From a virus: DNA of 42,210 nucleotides. A model generated the notes under the pieces. That model made no database searches, was not told the DNA's origin, and saw only the letters and a program-made list of their open reading frames with translations. Positions within the stretch are counted from its first letter, which is position 1; each line of letters starts with the position of its first letter. Location of the stretch: the IMG/VR virus record IMGVR_UViG_3300007351_000027, one strand, 5' to 3'. The position numbers and the translations under genes are program-made. Shown here in pieces: positions 30,246 through 38,719 of this stretch.

Positions 30246-30845
30246 GTGGCAACACAGGCAGAGCGGTTAGCGCGTCTTCGGAAGCGGTACGGGACGCGGA
30301 ATGAGAGTTTTGAGGCTGATTTGGTTTCAATGCTCGTGGGGCGGAATTTTTCGACAGCGGCGCAGTCGGTGACAGACACGACTCGTGTCATGCTGACGGG
30401 CTCAGACATCTTGGTGCCCAAATTTGTGGCAGGGGCGCAGTTTCGTTGGCGGATCGCCATGACGAAGACAGCGGCTGGGACGGCTGCCAGTACGTTCGAC
30501 ATTGGCGTGGGTAAGACAGCTTCAGCGGCTGGATTGACGGCGCGGGTGTCGTTTACGAAGCCGGCTGGCACGGCGGCGGCGGACGAGGCGTTGATTGAAA
30601 TCGTGTGTACGTGCCGTAGTGTGGGCGCGTCCGGGGTGCTCGTGGGTCAGTTTCAGTTGACGCACAATTTGGCTTCGACTGGTCATGCGACGATTCCCTG
30701 TGTAGTGGTGAATACGGTGTCGTCTGGTTTCGACAATGCCGGCTATGATAATTACGTCGGTGTTATGGTGACGGCTGGGGCATCAGATAGCTTGACGTTT
30801 GAGTTAGTGCAGGCTGAAGCGGTATACGTCAGCACGGTGGGGTAA
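30246..30845 (+). CDS. Hypothetical beta-rich protein; first gene of the late operon
   Basis: The track ORF starts inside the promoter. GTG 30246 is preferred (GGAGAG 7 nt upstream). Ala/Thr/Gly/Val-rich, with no motif recognised. Confidence 0.5.
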   Translation: MATQAERLARLRKRYGTRNESFEADLVSMLVGRNFSTAAQSVTDTTRVMLTGSDILVPKFVAGAQFRWRIAMTKTAAGTAASTFDIGVGKTASAAGLTARVSFTKPAGTAAADEALIEIVCTCRSVGASGVLVGQFQLTHNLASTGHATIPCVVVNTVSSGFDNAGYDNYVGVMVTAGASDSLTFELVQAEAVYVSTVG

Positions 30846-30860
30846 GCTGGAATAAAGCAG

Positions 30861-30877
30861 CTGTCAGAGACTGTCAG
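30861..30877 (+). promoter_or_regulatory. Tandem CTGTCAG-aga-CTGTCAG overlapping the RBS of the HNH-like gene
   Basis: Two direct copies with 10-bp phasing. The second runs into AGGAGGG, 7 nt before ATG 30884. Confidence 0.35.
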
Positions 30878-30883
30878 GAGGGT

Positions 30884-31348
30884 ATGAAGGGGTTGCACGG
30901 ACAGCAGTTTGACAGACTATTTGTGATGAGGCCATGGTCAGTTAGACACGGCTCTATGGCTACGTGGTTGTGTGAGTGCTGTTGCGGCGAATTTACAATA
31001 GCTTATCAGAAGCACTTGCTGAAAGGTGTTACGCGGTCGTGCGGGTGTCTAAGGCGACAAACAAAGAAAAAGCACGGCCATAGTCCTGACGGCCACAAAA
31101 GCCGCACATATAATTCGTGGTCTGCGATGATTCAGCGTTGTACAAATGCTCAGCATATCAGTTTCGAGTATTATGGCCGTCGTGGTATTGCGGTGTGTGG
31201 GCGTTGGCAAGAATTTAAAAACTTTTTAGCTGACATGGGTGTAAGACCGGTTGGCAAGACGCTTGATCGCATTGATGTAGACGGCAACTATGAGCCGGGT
31301 AATTGTCGATGGGCAACGCCGGCAGAACAGATTGATAACCAGCGGTAA
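30884..31348 (+). CDS. HNH-like endonuclease-family protein, paralogue 3 (packaging-associated position)
   Basis: WLCECCCGE...SCGC and YGRRGIAVCGRWQEFKNFLADMGVRPVGKTLDRIDVDGNYEPGNCRWAT. Immediately upstream of the terminase genes. Confidence 0.65.
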   Translation: MKGLHGQQFDRLFVMRPWSVRHGSMATWLCECCCGEFTIAYQKHLLKGVTRSCGCLRRQTKKKHGHSPDGHKSRTYNSWSAMIQRCTNAQHISFEYYGRRGIAVCGRWQEFKNFLADMGVRPVGKTLDRIDVDGNYEPGNCRWATPAEQIDNQR

Positions 31349-31356
31349 AGTGCTGT

Positions 31357-32196
31357 ATGGCATTAAGTGTGGAGGTGGTTTGCCCGGAATGTAAGCAAGT
31401 CCGGCGCATAGGCCGACAGCAGGCCCGAAACCGGAAGTCAGACGTATGTGCGGCCTGCTACCGGAAGAATCCATACAAGGGCGGGGCGGTCAAGAAAGAC
31501 CGGAAAGCGGAGAAGGCCACTGTCAACGAACGGACGCTCGATGCGCTGGCGTTGGCAGCGATGGGGTTGCCCACGGCTGAAGCGGTCGCGCAGGCCGGTA
31601 TTACGTTTACGCAGTTTGAGGAAGCGAAGCAGCAAGTCGAACGGCTGAAGCCAATGGCTGAGGCCGTGAAGACGCACCAGGCGGATAAGCTGTACATCTT
31701 GGCACAGGTCTTGTTGGACTCGATTGATTCCGGCGACCTGGCCGAGATGGACGCGAAAGAGAAGATCCAGGCGGCGGCGAAAGCGATTGATACAGCCCGC
31801 ATCCTGGAGGGCAAGCCGACTGAGATTGTGGCGCAGTTTAAGGCCGTCATGGAGAAATACCACGTCAAGGTCGAAACGACGAACGGAGCAGCAGCTTCAG
31901 GTGAGCATCAACGCCAGGGTGGAGAAGAGGCAGGAGTAGTCGATGGTGAAGCGGTGGTTGTCGAAGAAGGCGATGGTGCTGGGGGTGGTACTGGGGCTGC
32001 TGCTCCCGATGTCTTGCAACAGTACAGCGGAAGCGGAGAAGCCGGTCCAGATTCGGTTGGTGGATCAGGAGAATCCAGCGATGCAGGCGCTGATGGCGCA
32101 GGTGCTGTATCAGTATCACGTCAGGTTTGGCCGTTCTCGCGTGAATGCGTCGTTCCCGGAGGATCTGCTGATCGTCAAGTGGCAGGGGAGCGATAG
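31357..32196 (+). CDS. terS: Terminase small subunit-like protein (Zn ribbon plus HTH plus helical core) with a low-complexity tail
   Basis: CPEC...CAAC, HTH-like LALAAMGLPTAEAVAQAGITFTQF, helical oligomerisation-type region. Position upstream of TerL. The last ~85 aa are Gly/Ala/Glu/Ser-rich and overlap the next gene. Confidence 0.5.
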   Translation: MALSVEVVCPECKQVRRIGRQQARNRKSDVCAACYRKNPYKGGAVKKDRKAEKATVNERTLDALALAAMGLPTAEAVAQAGITFTQFEEAKQQVERLKPMAEAVKTHQADKLYILAQVLLDSIDSGDLAEMDAKEKIQAAAKAIDTARILEGKPTEIVAQFKAVMEKYHVKVETTNGAAASGEHQRQGGEEAGVVDGEAVVVEEGDGAGGGTGAAAPDVLQQYSGSGEAGPDSVGGSGESSDAGADGAGAVSVSRQVWPFSRECVVPGGSADRQVAGER

Positions 32197-32494
32197 TGCG
32201 CTGGTGCAGAAGGTGTGCCAGTGCTATGGCGTGACGAATGGACACATCAGCGGCACGTCGTTTACGGTGCAGTTGACGGAAGATACCGGCGATTGGACGG
32301 CTGACTTCGTGCTGGCGCACGAGTTGGTTCATGTGCTGCATGTGCTGGACGGTCGGTGGAATCCGGCCAAGCGGGGTGATTTCGAGGCTGAGGCTGATGG
32401 GATTGCCTGGTTAGCGATTACGGAATTGCGGGCGGCTGGAGTGCCACCTGTGTTTGAGGAAAGCGGAACGGATGCCATTCGGAAAACGTCCTAA
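31943..32494 (+). CDS. Secreted or lipid-anchored HExxH metalloprotease-like protein
   Basis: MVKRWLSKKAMVLGVVLGLLLPMSC signal peptide with Cys, and AHELVHVLH motif. AGGAG 6 nt upstream of the ATG. Overlaps the TerS frame by 254 nt. Confidence 0.6.
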   Translation: MVKRWLSKKAMVLGVVLGLLLPMSCNSTAEAEKPVQIRLVDQENPAMQALMAQVLYQYHVRFGRSRVNASFPEDLLIVKWQGSDSALVQKVCQCYGVTNGHISGTSFTVQLTEDTGDWTADFVLAHELVHVLHVLDGRWNPAKRGDFEAEADGIAWLAITELRAAGVPPVFEESGTDAIRKTS

Positions 32495-32666
32495 GCCCAG
32501 CATGTTGGGTACTGGCGGGGCGGCGCAAGCCGGCTCCGCATTGCAGTTGCGGAAACAGATTCAGGAAATCGAATTACGCATGACTGATCCTGACTACGTG
32601 CCTACGGAAGCAGAAAAGGCGCGGTTGAGACAGTTACGCGGCGCCCTCGAAAACCTCCGCAAATAA
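32472..32666 (+). CDS. Small basic/helical hypothetical protein
   Basis: Start set at ATG 32472 (MPFGKRPKP...) with GAGGAAAG upstream. The track start is 32454. Confidence 0.45.
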   Translation: MPFGKRPKPSMLGTGGAAQAGSALQLRKQIQEIELRMTDPDYVPTEAEKARLRQLRGALENLRK

Positions 32667-32678
32667 GCCGACAACGTA

Positions 32679-34067
32679 GTGCAGTTTGACTCCGCGAGAT
32701 TCTTCAAGGATCTCGGGGTAGCCACCGATGACTTTCAAGATCGGATCTGTCAGTCTCCGGCTCGGTTTATCCTCAATCGCGCTGCTCGTCGAACGGGCAA
32801 AAGCTTTGTGGCTGCGAAGTGGGCTGTGGCCCATCGACGCGGCATTCTTGTGCCTAACACCCGAGGCTGGATTGTCGGCCCGACATATGACTTGGCGGAA
32901 AAAGAGTTTCGCTACGTGGTCGAGATTCTGGAGCGGGCGCACAAGAAAGTGGGGCTGCCGAGGCCCGACGTGCTGCACCATAACGCCAAGATGGGTGACC
33001 TGTATATCAGGATGCCTTGGGGCGCGGAAGTCATCGGCAAGTCGGCAGAGCGTCCGCTGAGTTTGGTCGGAGAAGAGAACGACTGGATCATCATGTCGGA
33101 GGCGGCGCAGCAGAAGGAAGATACCTGGTATCGGTATCTGCGTCCGACTCTTTCATCGAGAATGGGAAGTGTGATCTTCCCGACGACGCCTGATATTTCC
33201 GGGGCGTGGCTCTACGAGTTAGAGCTAAAAATGCCGGAGATGAATGCAGACGCCCGGAAAGAAGAATGGGCGTTGTACCACCGTGCGGCATGGGATACGC
33301 CGCACTACAACAAAGAGGAAATTGAGGCAGCTCGACGCGAGCTGTCTGAAGACGCCTTCCTGGAGCAATTCGGCGGGGAGTGGACGTTTCACGAGGGCCG
33401 CGTGTTCAAGGCGTATAGCCCTCTGGTGCATCTTGTTGATCCGTTCCCGCTGCCGTCGAGTTGGAAATACTGGAGTGGAGTTGATTTCGGGCATCGAGAC
33501 GCCACGGCGGTGTTGTGGGCCGGGCAGTCGAGTGCCGGCGACTTTTATATCTTTCGGGAATACTACGCGAGTAATCGCCCTACGGAAGTCCACACGGCGG
33601 TGGTCAAGGCCACGGATCGGCCTCTTCCGAGGGTTATCAGAGTGTCGGACCATCATGCGCTCGGAAAGCAGTTGGCCCATGATTGGCGGACATACGGCGT
33701 CCCGACACTTGATGCCGGCGTAGACCGGAAGTCGCGGAGGGATCGCGTGATGGCGATGTTGGAGCCCCGCGACTATCACTCGCCCTACCATGTGCAGATG
33801 CGCGGGGGTGGCGTAGCGAAGTATCCCCGTTTGTACATCTTCCGTGGTCGATGTCCCAACTTGATCCGCGAGATACAGCTGCTGAAGTGGAAAGAAGGTA
33901 CGCGGCAGGAAGGGACATACGGCGATACGGTCGGAGACGATCACGCCGTTGATGCGTTGGAATACATGATCTATTACGCGACTCGCGGGCGGAAGTATCG
34001 GAAGCCGGCCAGTGAGTACGCGACACCAGGACGGCGGGCTCCGGTGTCGAGCCTGACAGGGTATTAA
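32679..34067 (+). CDS. terL: Terminase large subunit
   Basis: 462 aa. ATPase motifs AARRTGKSF (Walker A-like) and DWIIMSEAA (Walker B-like). Nuclease-domain acidic motifs VDFGHRDATAV and GDDHAVDALEY. Confidence 0.88.
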   Translation: MQFDSARFFKDLGVATDDFQDRICQSPARFILNRAARRTGKSFVAAKWAVAHRRGILVPNTRGWIVGPTYDLAEKEFRYVVEILERAHKKVGLPRPDVLHHNAKMGDLYIRMPWGAEVIGKSAERPLSLVGEENDWIIMSEAAQQKEDTWYRYLRPTLSSRMGSVIFPTTPDISGAWLYELELKMPEMNADARKEEWALYHRAAWDTPHYNKEEIEAARRELSEDAFLEQFGGEWTFHEGRVFKAYSPLVHLVDPFPLPSSWKYWSGVDFGHRDATAVLWAGQSSAGDFYIFREYYASNRPTEVHTAVVKATDRPLPRVIRVSDHHALGKQLAHDWRTYGVPTLDAGVDRKSRRDRVMAMLEPRDYHSPYHVQMRGGGVAKYPRLYIFRGRCPNLIREIQLLKWKEGTRQEGTYGDTVGDDHAVDALEYMIYYATRGRKYRKPASEYATPGRRAPVSSLTGY

Positions 34068-34079
34068 CACAGGGATGTA

Positions 34080-35765
34080 ATGGCTGAGTATAACGGAGAT
34101 CCGCAAAAGGTTGTTGAATACGTTGTCGATGCGTACGAACGGTGGAAAGAGCAGCGACTAAGTAAAGAAGCGGTGTGGCAGGAGTGCTTGTACAACTATT
34201 TGTGCTGGGTTGATCCTGCGAAGTATCAGGGGTGGCCGTGGCGCAGTAAGGTGTGCGACACGATGAGCCAAGAGATTGCGGATGCCATTGGCTCGGCGCT
34301 GGTGACGCAGATGCTCCCTCTGGATGAAGACTATTTCTCCATCCAGCATCTCTCTCCTGGCGGTGAAGCGTATCGAGAGATCGTCAAGGAAGAGCTGAAG
34401 CGCCGGCTTGTGCAGGCGAATTTCTCTGAGCGATTGCTGCCAGTGGCTTCACAGCTTGCGGTGCTTGGCAATACAGCATTTACGATGCCGTGGCGTCGGA
34501 AGACGCGGATGCGCCGGATGCGTCGTGGACGCAATATCGAGCGCGTTGAGGAAGTGAAGTACGACAACTTTGCGTTTGAGCCGCTGGACGTGCTTGACGT
34601 GGTGGTTGATCCGCACGCAGTTGTCTCGCCCAGCTCTATGATGATCTGGCGAGTGCAGACGAGCCTCGATGAGCTGAAGCAGCATAAAGAGCTGTACAAA
34701 AATCTTGATCAGCTCGAAGCGACGATTGGCCTTCCAGATGATCGAAGCCGGTCAGACAAGGTTAGTCGAGCAGCAATCTTTGGTTTCGAGTACAAGCCGG
34801 AAGACCAATTCGACATTGAGCTGTTGGTGTGCTACGGCGACATCGTGATTGATGGCGAGATGCACCAGGACTCGCTTGCGGTGATCGGCAATCGCGGGGT
34901 ATGCCTGCGTTTTGAAGAGAATCCGTACTTCGGTGGGCGTCCGTGTTTTCTCGGCACGTATAGCAGCCTCTGGTTCACGCCGTATGGCCGTGGGCCATTG
35001 GAGGCGTTGCGAGGGCAACAGGCGCTTATCAATACGTTCTTGAATCAGAAGGCAGACATCCTCAACCTGATCATCATGGGCGCCTTTGCCTATGTAGACG
35101 ACGGGACGATTGAGCCGTCTGATTTGGTGTTGGAGCCCGGCAAGGGCATTCCGGTTGGTGACATCAACAACATCAAGCCACTGACGCCGCCTGGCAATCC
35201 TGCGTTGGCCTATCAGGAAATTGCGATGCTGCGCGATAGAGGCGATCAGTCGTCAGGAGCGAGCGATTACATGCGGGGTGTCTTCCCCGGAGGGCGGAAG
35301 ACAGCGTATGAGACGCAGCAAATTGTGGCAGGGTCGTCTGCGCGGTTGAATGCGACACTCCGTCATTTGGGCGAGAGCATGATTGAGCCTGCGCTGAATT
35401 TTGCTCTGGAGTCTATTCAGCAATTTACGTACGGGCGCAACCCGGAGATTCCTGACGAGGCGTTAGAGGAACGGTACTACGCGCAGTATACCGGAGCGCA
35501 GACGGCCATTCTTCGAGAGGAACAGAAGCAGGCATTGCGAGAATTCCTGGCAGTAATGGCGCAAGATCCAGAGATGTCGGCAGCGTTGAATCGACGGGAA
35601 GTAGCTGAGGAAGTACGGCGGCTGTCTCGAATCACGAATCGCCGGCTGATCCTGACAGAAGAACAGATGAAGGCGAAGCAGGCAATGGATATGGCGTTGG
35701 CTGAGGCGCAGCGGTTTATGAATGCGCCGGCAGCGAATCCGATGGCTGAGGCTCAGAATGCGTAA
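34080..35765 (+). CDS. Portal protein
   Basis: 561 aa, immediately downstream of TerL. Size and position are typical. No enzyme motif. Confidence 0.75.
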   Translation: MAEYNGDPQKVVEYVVDAYERWKEQRLSKEAVWQECLYNYLCWVDPAKYQGWPWRSKVCDTMSQEIADAIGSALVTQMLPLDEDYFSIQHLSPGGEAYREIVKEELKRRLVQANFSERLLPVASQLAVLGNTAFTMPWRRKTRMRRMRRGRNIERVEEVKYDNFAFEPLDVLDVVVDPHAVVSPSSMMIWRVQTSLDELKQHKELYKNLDQLEATIGLPDDRSRSDKVSRAAIFGFEYKPEDQFDIELLVCYGDIVIDGEMHQDSLAVIGNRGVCLRFEENPYFGGRPCFLGTYSSLWFTPYGRGPLEALRGQQALINTFLNQKADILNLIIMGAFAYVDDGTIEPSDLVLEPGKGIPVGDINNIKPLTPPGNPALAYQEIAMLRDRGDQSSGASDYMRGVFPGGRKTAYETQQIVAGSSARLNATLRHLGESMIEPALNFALESIQQFTYGRNPEIPDEALEERYYAQYTGAQTAILREEQKQALREFLAVMAQDPEMSAALNRREVAEEVRRLSRITNRRLILTEEQMKAKQAMDMALAEAQRFMNAPAANPMAEAQNA

Positions 35766-36105
35766 GGTGTGGCAGTGGTTGCTGGCGGTGATTCGCAAGT
35801 ACCGGGTAGTGCGAGTGACGCCGCCTGCAATGGAGCCAGAAGACTTCTACCGGACGCTGAAGTCTCCACAGACGGATGCGTTCTTGGTGGCATTCGAGCA
35901 GCATTTGCGGACAAATGGCTCGATGGATCTTCGCCTCAATCGTATCAAGAAGTCGGATGGCCAAGAGGGATACTGGTACACGCTGGGGTATTGTAAAGCC
36001 CATCAAGATTTACTGGGCTTTATCAAACGAGCGCGGAGAGCAGAAGGAGCGCCGGAAGTGGCAGAGCGGGCAGTTAAACGAGGGGGAGTTGCACAGTGGG
36101 CGTAA
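35758..36105 (+). CDS. Hypothetical head-module protein
   Basis: Start set at ATG 35758 (MRKVWQW...), overlapping the portal stop. The track start is 35722. Confidence 0.45.
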   Translation: MRKVWQWLLAVIRKYRVVRVTPPAMEPEDFYRTLKSPQTDAFLVAFEQHLRTNGSMDLRLNRIKKSDGQEGYWYTLGYCKAHQDLLGFIKRARRAEGAPEVAERAVKRGGVAQWA

Positions 36106-36626
36106 GTCACAAATTGCCGTATGGATCGTTGATCCATCTTGGGACGGCGCTGAATCTTTCAAAGAGTGCCAATTTCAGCGAGTACGATAGCCGAGAGATT
36201 GGCCACATCCAGAATTTGCTGGTCGTGTTGGATATTGCGTCGGCGGATCGCACTGATGCGAACGAGACGTATGACTTCTATGTCACGACTCGTATAAAGC
36301 GTGGTGGATTGGTTTATGAATGGGACTTGATTCATTTTCCGCAAATCGCTTCGACTGGAGCGAAGCAGTATGTGGCGATGCTGCAGCATAACTCTGGCAT
36401 CGGTGGTCCGAACCGCGTGACTACGGCAGTGCCCGGCGTGTCTTCGTTGGAATCCGGCACGATGAAAGTGGATACCGCTGGGGCGGATCAGGGCGTGAAG
36501 ACCTTGGCGGCTGGCAATATTCGCAATGGATGGTTTGGGCAGGAGCTTGGGCACTACTTGGTTGTGGGTGGCACGACTCCTGGCCCCGTAGTCTACAGTA
36601 TTTACGTGTACGCCTTCCCTGAGTAA
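36096..36626 (+). CDS. Hypothetical beta-rich head-module protein (decoration-type candidate)
   Basis: 176 aa. GTG start overlapping the upstream stop. Lies between portal and scaffold. Confidence 0.45.
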   Translation: MGVSHKLPYGSLIHLGTALNLSKSANFSEYDSREIGHIQNLLVVLDIASADRTDANETYDFYVTTRIKRGGLVYEWDLIHFPQIASTGAKQYVAMLQHNSGIGGPNRVTTAVPGVSSLESGTMKVDTAGADQGVKTLAAGNIRNGWFGQELGHYLVVGGTTPGPVVYSIYVYAFPE

Positions 36627-36667
36627 GGCAACGTAATCCTTACAACGTATGTAAGTTTGTTGCGGTC

Positions 36668-37606
36668 TTGATCAAAGGCCCGCGTGCAATGTCGCATGTG
36701 GATAACCCGAAGAAGGAGAGACGAGTAGTGGAAGCAGTGATCGAAGGAAAGCCTGAGCAGCGCGTGATTGGCCCAGTAGACGAATCGGAGTTGCCTGAAG
36801 TGCGTGATACCGCGATTCGGGCGTCGTCGGCTCGGTATCGCGGAGCTGAGGCAGTGGAGGCGGAAGAGAAGGAAGAGCAGAAGAAAGCCGAGGAAGCCCC
36901 GAAAGGACAAGCTAAATCGGAAGAGCAGGTGCAGTCGGAGCTGCTGTTAGGGAAATTCAAGACGGTTGAGGAAATGGGCAAGTCGTATCAAGAGTTGGAG
37001 GCTCATGCGACACGGCTTGCACAGGAGATGGCGAGCCTGAAACAGCCTCAATCGCAGTCGTCGGACGAGGATGAACAGCTGGAGATTCCGAAAGAGCTGG
37101 AACAGGAATTGTTCGACAGTCCGAAGACGGCGGTAGCAAAGATCGTCGATTTGGCTGCGAAACATGCGGTGGGCAAAGTCAGGGGCGAGCAGAAAGCTAA
37201 GACTAAGGAACAGCAGGTCAAAGAAGTCCAAGGCTGGTTTGAGAAAGAATGCTCGGACTTGAAAGGCAACCGCGCAGCGGCATTGGCGATTGAAGGGTTG
37301 GCGTCGGAAGCAGAAGGTTCGACGTTGCTGGAGAAGTTTCAAAACGCGACGAAGACCTACCGAGAATTGGTGCAAGCGGCGAAAGTAGAAGCCGGCACGC
37401 AAGCTCGGGAAACGGCGTCAGAAACGCAACGACAAGTGGATAGGGCGACGATGCCTGAAGGCAAAAAGGCGTCAGGTAACGGACGCAAGATTTGGAAAGC
37501 TTCTGATATTGAGTGGATGATGGAGCATGACACGGCTCAATATCAGCGGCTGCAGAACGAGATCGTCAAGGCTCGGCAAGAAGGGCGAGTACGGGAAGAC
37601 CTGTAA
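36668..37606 (+). CDS. Scaffolding protein
   Basis: 312 aa, highly charged (E/K/Q-rich) and helical, directly upstream of the major capsid gene. Exact start uncertain (TTG 36668 or ATG 36689). Confidence 0.65.
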   Translation: MIKGPRAMSHVDNPKKERRVVEAVIEGKPEQRVIGPVDESELPEVRDTAIRASSARYRGAEAVEAEEKEEQKKAEEAPKGQAKSEEQVQSELLLGKFKTVEEMGKSYQELEAHATRLAQEMASLKQPQSQSSDEDEQLEIPKELEQELFDSPKTAVAKIVDLAAKHAVGKVRGEQKAKTKEQQVKEVQGWFEKECSDLKGNRAAALAIEGLASEAEGSTLLEKFQNATKTYRELVQAAKVEAGTQARETASETQRQVDRATMPEGKKASGNGRKIWKASDIEWMMEHDTAQYQRLQNEIVKARQEGRVREDL

Positions 37607-37659
37607 CACGCAAGACTTGTAAGGAGCCTTGCCGACAACGCTAAGGAGGGCGTTGGGCA

Positions 37660-38562
37660 ATGGCTGCAGGAAATGTAACTACTACCACAGCTGCGAATTT
37701 TATTCCTGAGCTGTGGGGACCGGAGATTCGGTATTTTCTCCGGAAGAAGTTGATCATGGCGAATTTGGTCAAGCGGATCAATTTCGTCGGGAAAGCGGGG
37801 GATACGCTTCATATCCCGGATCTGTCTGAGCTTGGTACGACTGCGAAGTCGGCTTCGACGGATGTAAGTTTTGAGACGTTCACTGAGACGAAGTTTGATC
37901 TCAACATCGACAAGCACTTCTACGCGGCGTTTAAAGTTGAAGACATCGCGGAAGTGCAGAGCTTCGCGGATCTCCGGGCGGAATATACCCGCTCGGCTGG
38001 GTACGCGATGGCTCGCAAGATCGACTCGACGTTGCACGATCTGCAGTCTTCGATGACGCGAGTCATCGGAGGCGACGGTAGCACGTCGTGGTCTGCGAGC
38101 GCCGCTTCTAACGCGGGCAATGGGACGGATCTGACCGAAGAGGGTCTTCGGAATGCGTTGGAGACTTTGGATCTGGCGGATGTCCCGAAAGAGGATCGCT
38201 ACCTCGTGATCAATCCTCGGCAGCTGAACGTGCTGCGTGGGATTGCTCGGCTGAGCGAGATGCAGACGGTCGGTTTTTCGAGCCCGCTGGTGAGCGGCAT
38301 GTTCGAGATGCCGGTCTTCGGGTTGCGTGTTCTGGTGACGACCAATACCGCCACGATTACGGCGGACGACACGACCACGGATTATGACGCGAATCTCCTG
38401 TTTCACAAGGATGCGATGATCCTGGCGATGCAGAAGGGTGTTCGCACTCAGGCGCAGTATTTTGTGGACAGCCTGGCGTGGAAGGTGGTCGTAGACGCAA
38501 TTTGGGGCGTGGGGCTGTATCGCTCTAATCATGCGTTGGTGCTGGTCACGCCGCAAGCGTAA
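37660..38562 (+). CDS. Major capsid protein (HK97-fold type)
   Basis: 300 aa. N-terminal ...ANFIPELWGPEI... is typical of podoviral/N4-gp56-like capsid proteins. SD AAGGAGGG. Followed by a terminator. Confidence 0.8.
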   Translation: MAAGNVTTTTAANFIPELWGPEIRYFLRKKLIMANLVKRINFVGKAGDTLHIPDLSELGTTAKSASTDVSFETFTETKFDLNIDKHFYAAFKVEDIAEVQSFADLRAEYTRSAGYAMARKIDSTLHDLQSSMTRVIGGDGSTSWSASAASNAGNGTDLTEEGLRNALETLDLADVPKEDRYLVINPRQLNVLRGIARLSEMQTVGFSSPLVSGMFEMPVFGLRVLVTTNTATITADDTTTDYDANLLFHKDAMILAMQKGVRTQAQYFVDSLAWKVVVDAIWGVGLYRSNHALVLVTPQA

Positions 38563-38575
38563 GGAAAGGAAGGTT

Positions 38576-38608
38576 CCCGAGGGAGCAGTAGCCCCTCGGG
38601 GCTTTCTG
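38576..38608 (+). terminator. Rho-independent (probably partial) terminator after the capsid gene
   Basis: CCCGAGGG-agcagtagc-CCCTCGGG followed by GCTTTCTGT. Confidence 0.6.
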
Positions 38609-38609
38609 T

Positions 38610-38684
38610 AATTCCCTAATGAATGACCTGGTGACAGGGCGACATAGTGAAACGAGGGGAGCCGGCCAGCTTCGTTAGGGAATT
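38610..38684. repeat. 10-bp perfect inverted repeat AATTCCCTAA ... TTAGGGAATT enclosing 55 nt
   Basis: Read directly in the capsid-adaptor intergenic region. Confidence 0.7.
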
Positions 38685-38719
38685 TCAGAAGGCAGTAACC
38701 GCGCAATGGAGGCGCAATA

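Noticed and set aside
29782-30571. Two overlapping minus-strand ORFs (182 aa and 162 aa) across the ORF-free region and the late promoter
   Set aside because: The translations are low complexity and there are no SDs. They run through the consensus late promoter and the start of the first late gene, and through iterons and palindromes. They are treated as non-coding.
33225-34106. 293-aa minus-strand ORF inside the terminase large subunit
   Set aside because: A shadow ORF opposite TerL, which carries ATPase and nuclease motifs. The composition is Arg/Pro-rich and no motif was recognised. The same reasoning applies to 2624-3454, 6302-6949, 1642-2304, 40055-40744, 31438-31868 and 31865-32341 on the minus strand, and to 9545-10156, 11072-11617 and 15290-15781 on the plus strand.
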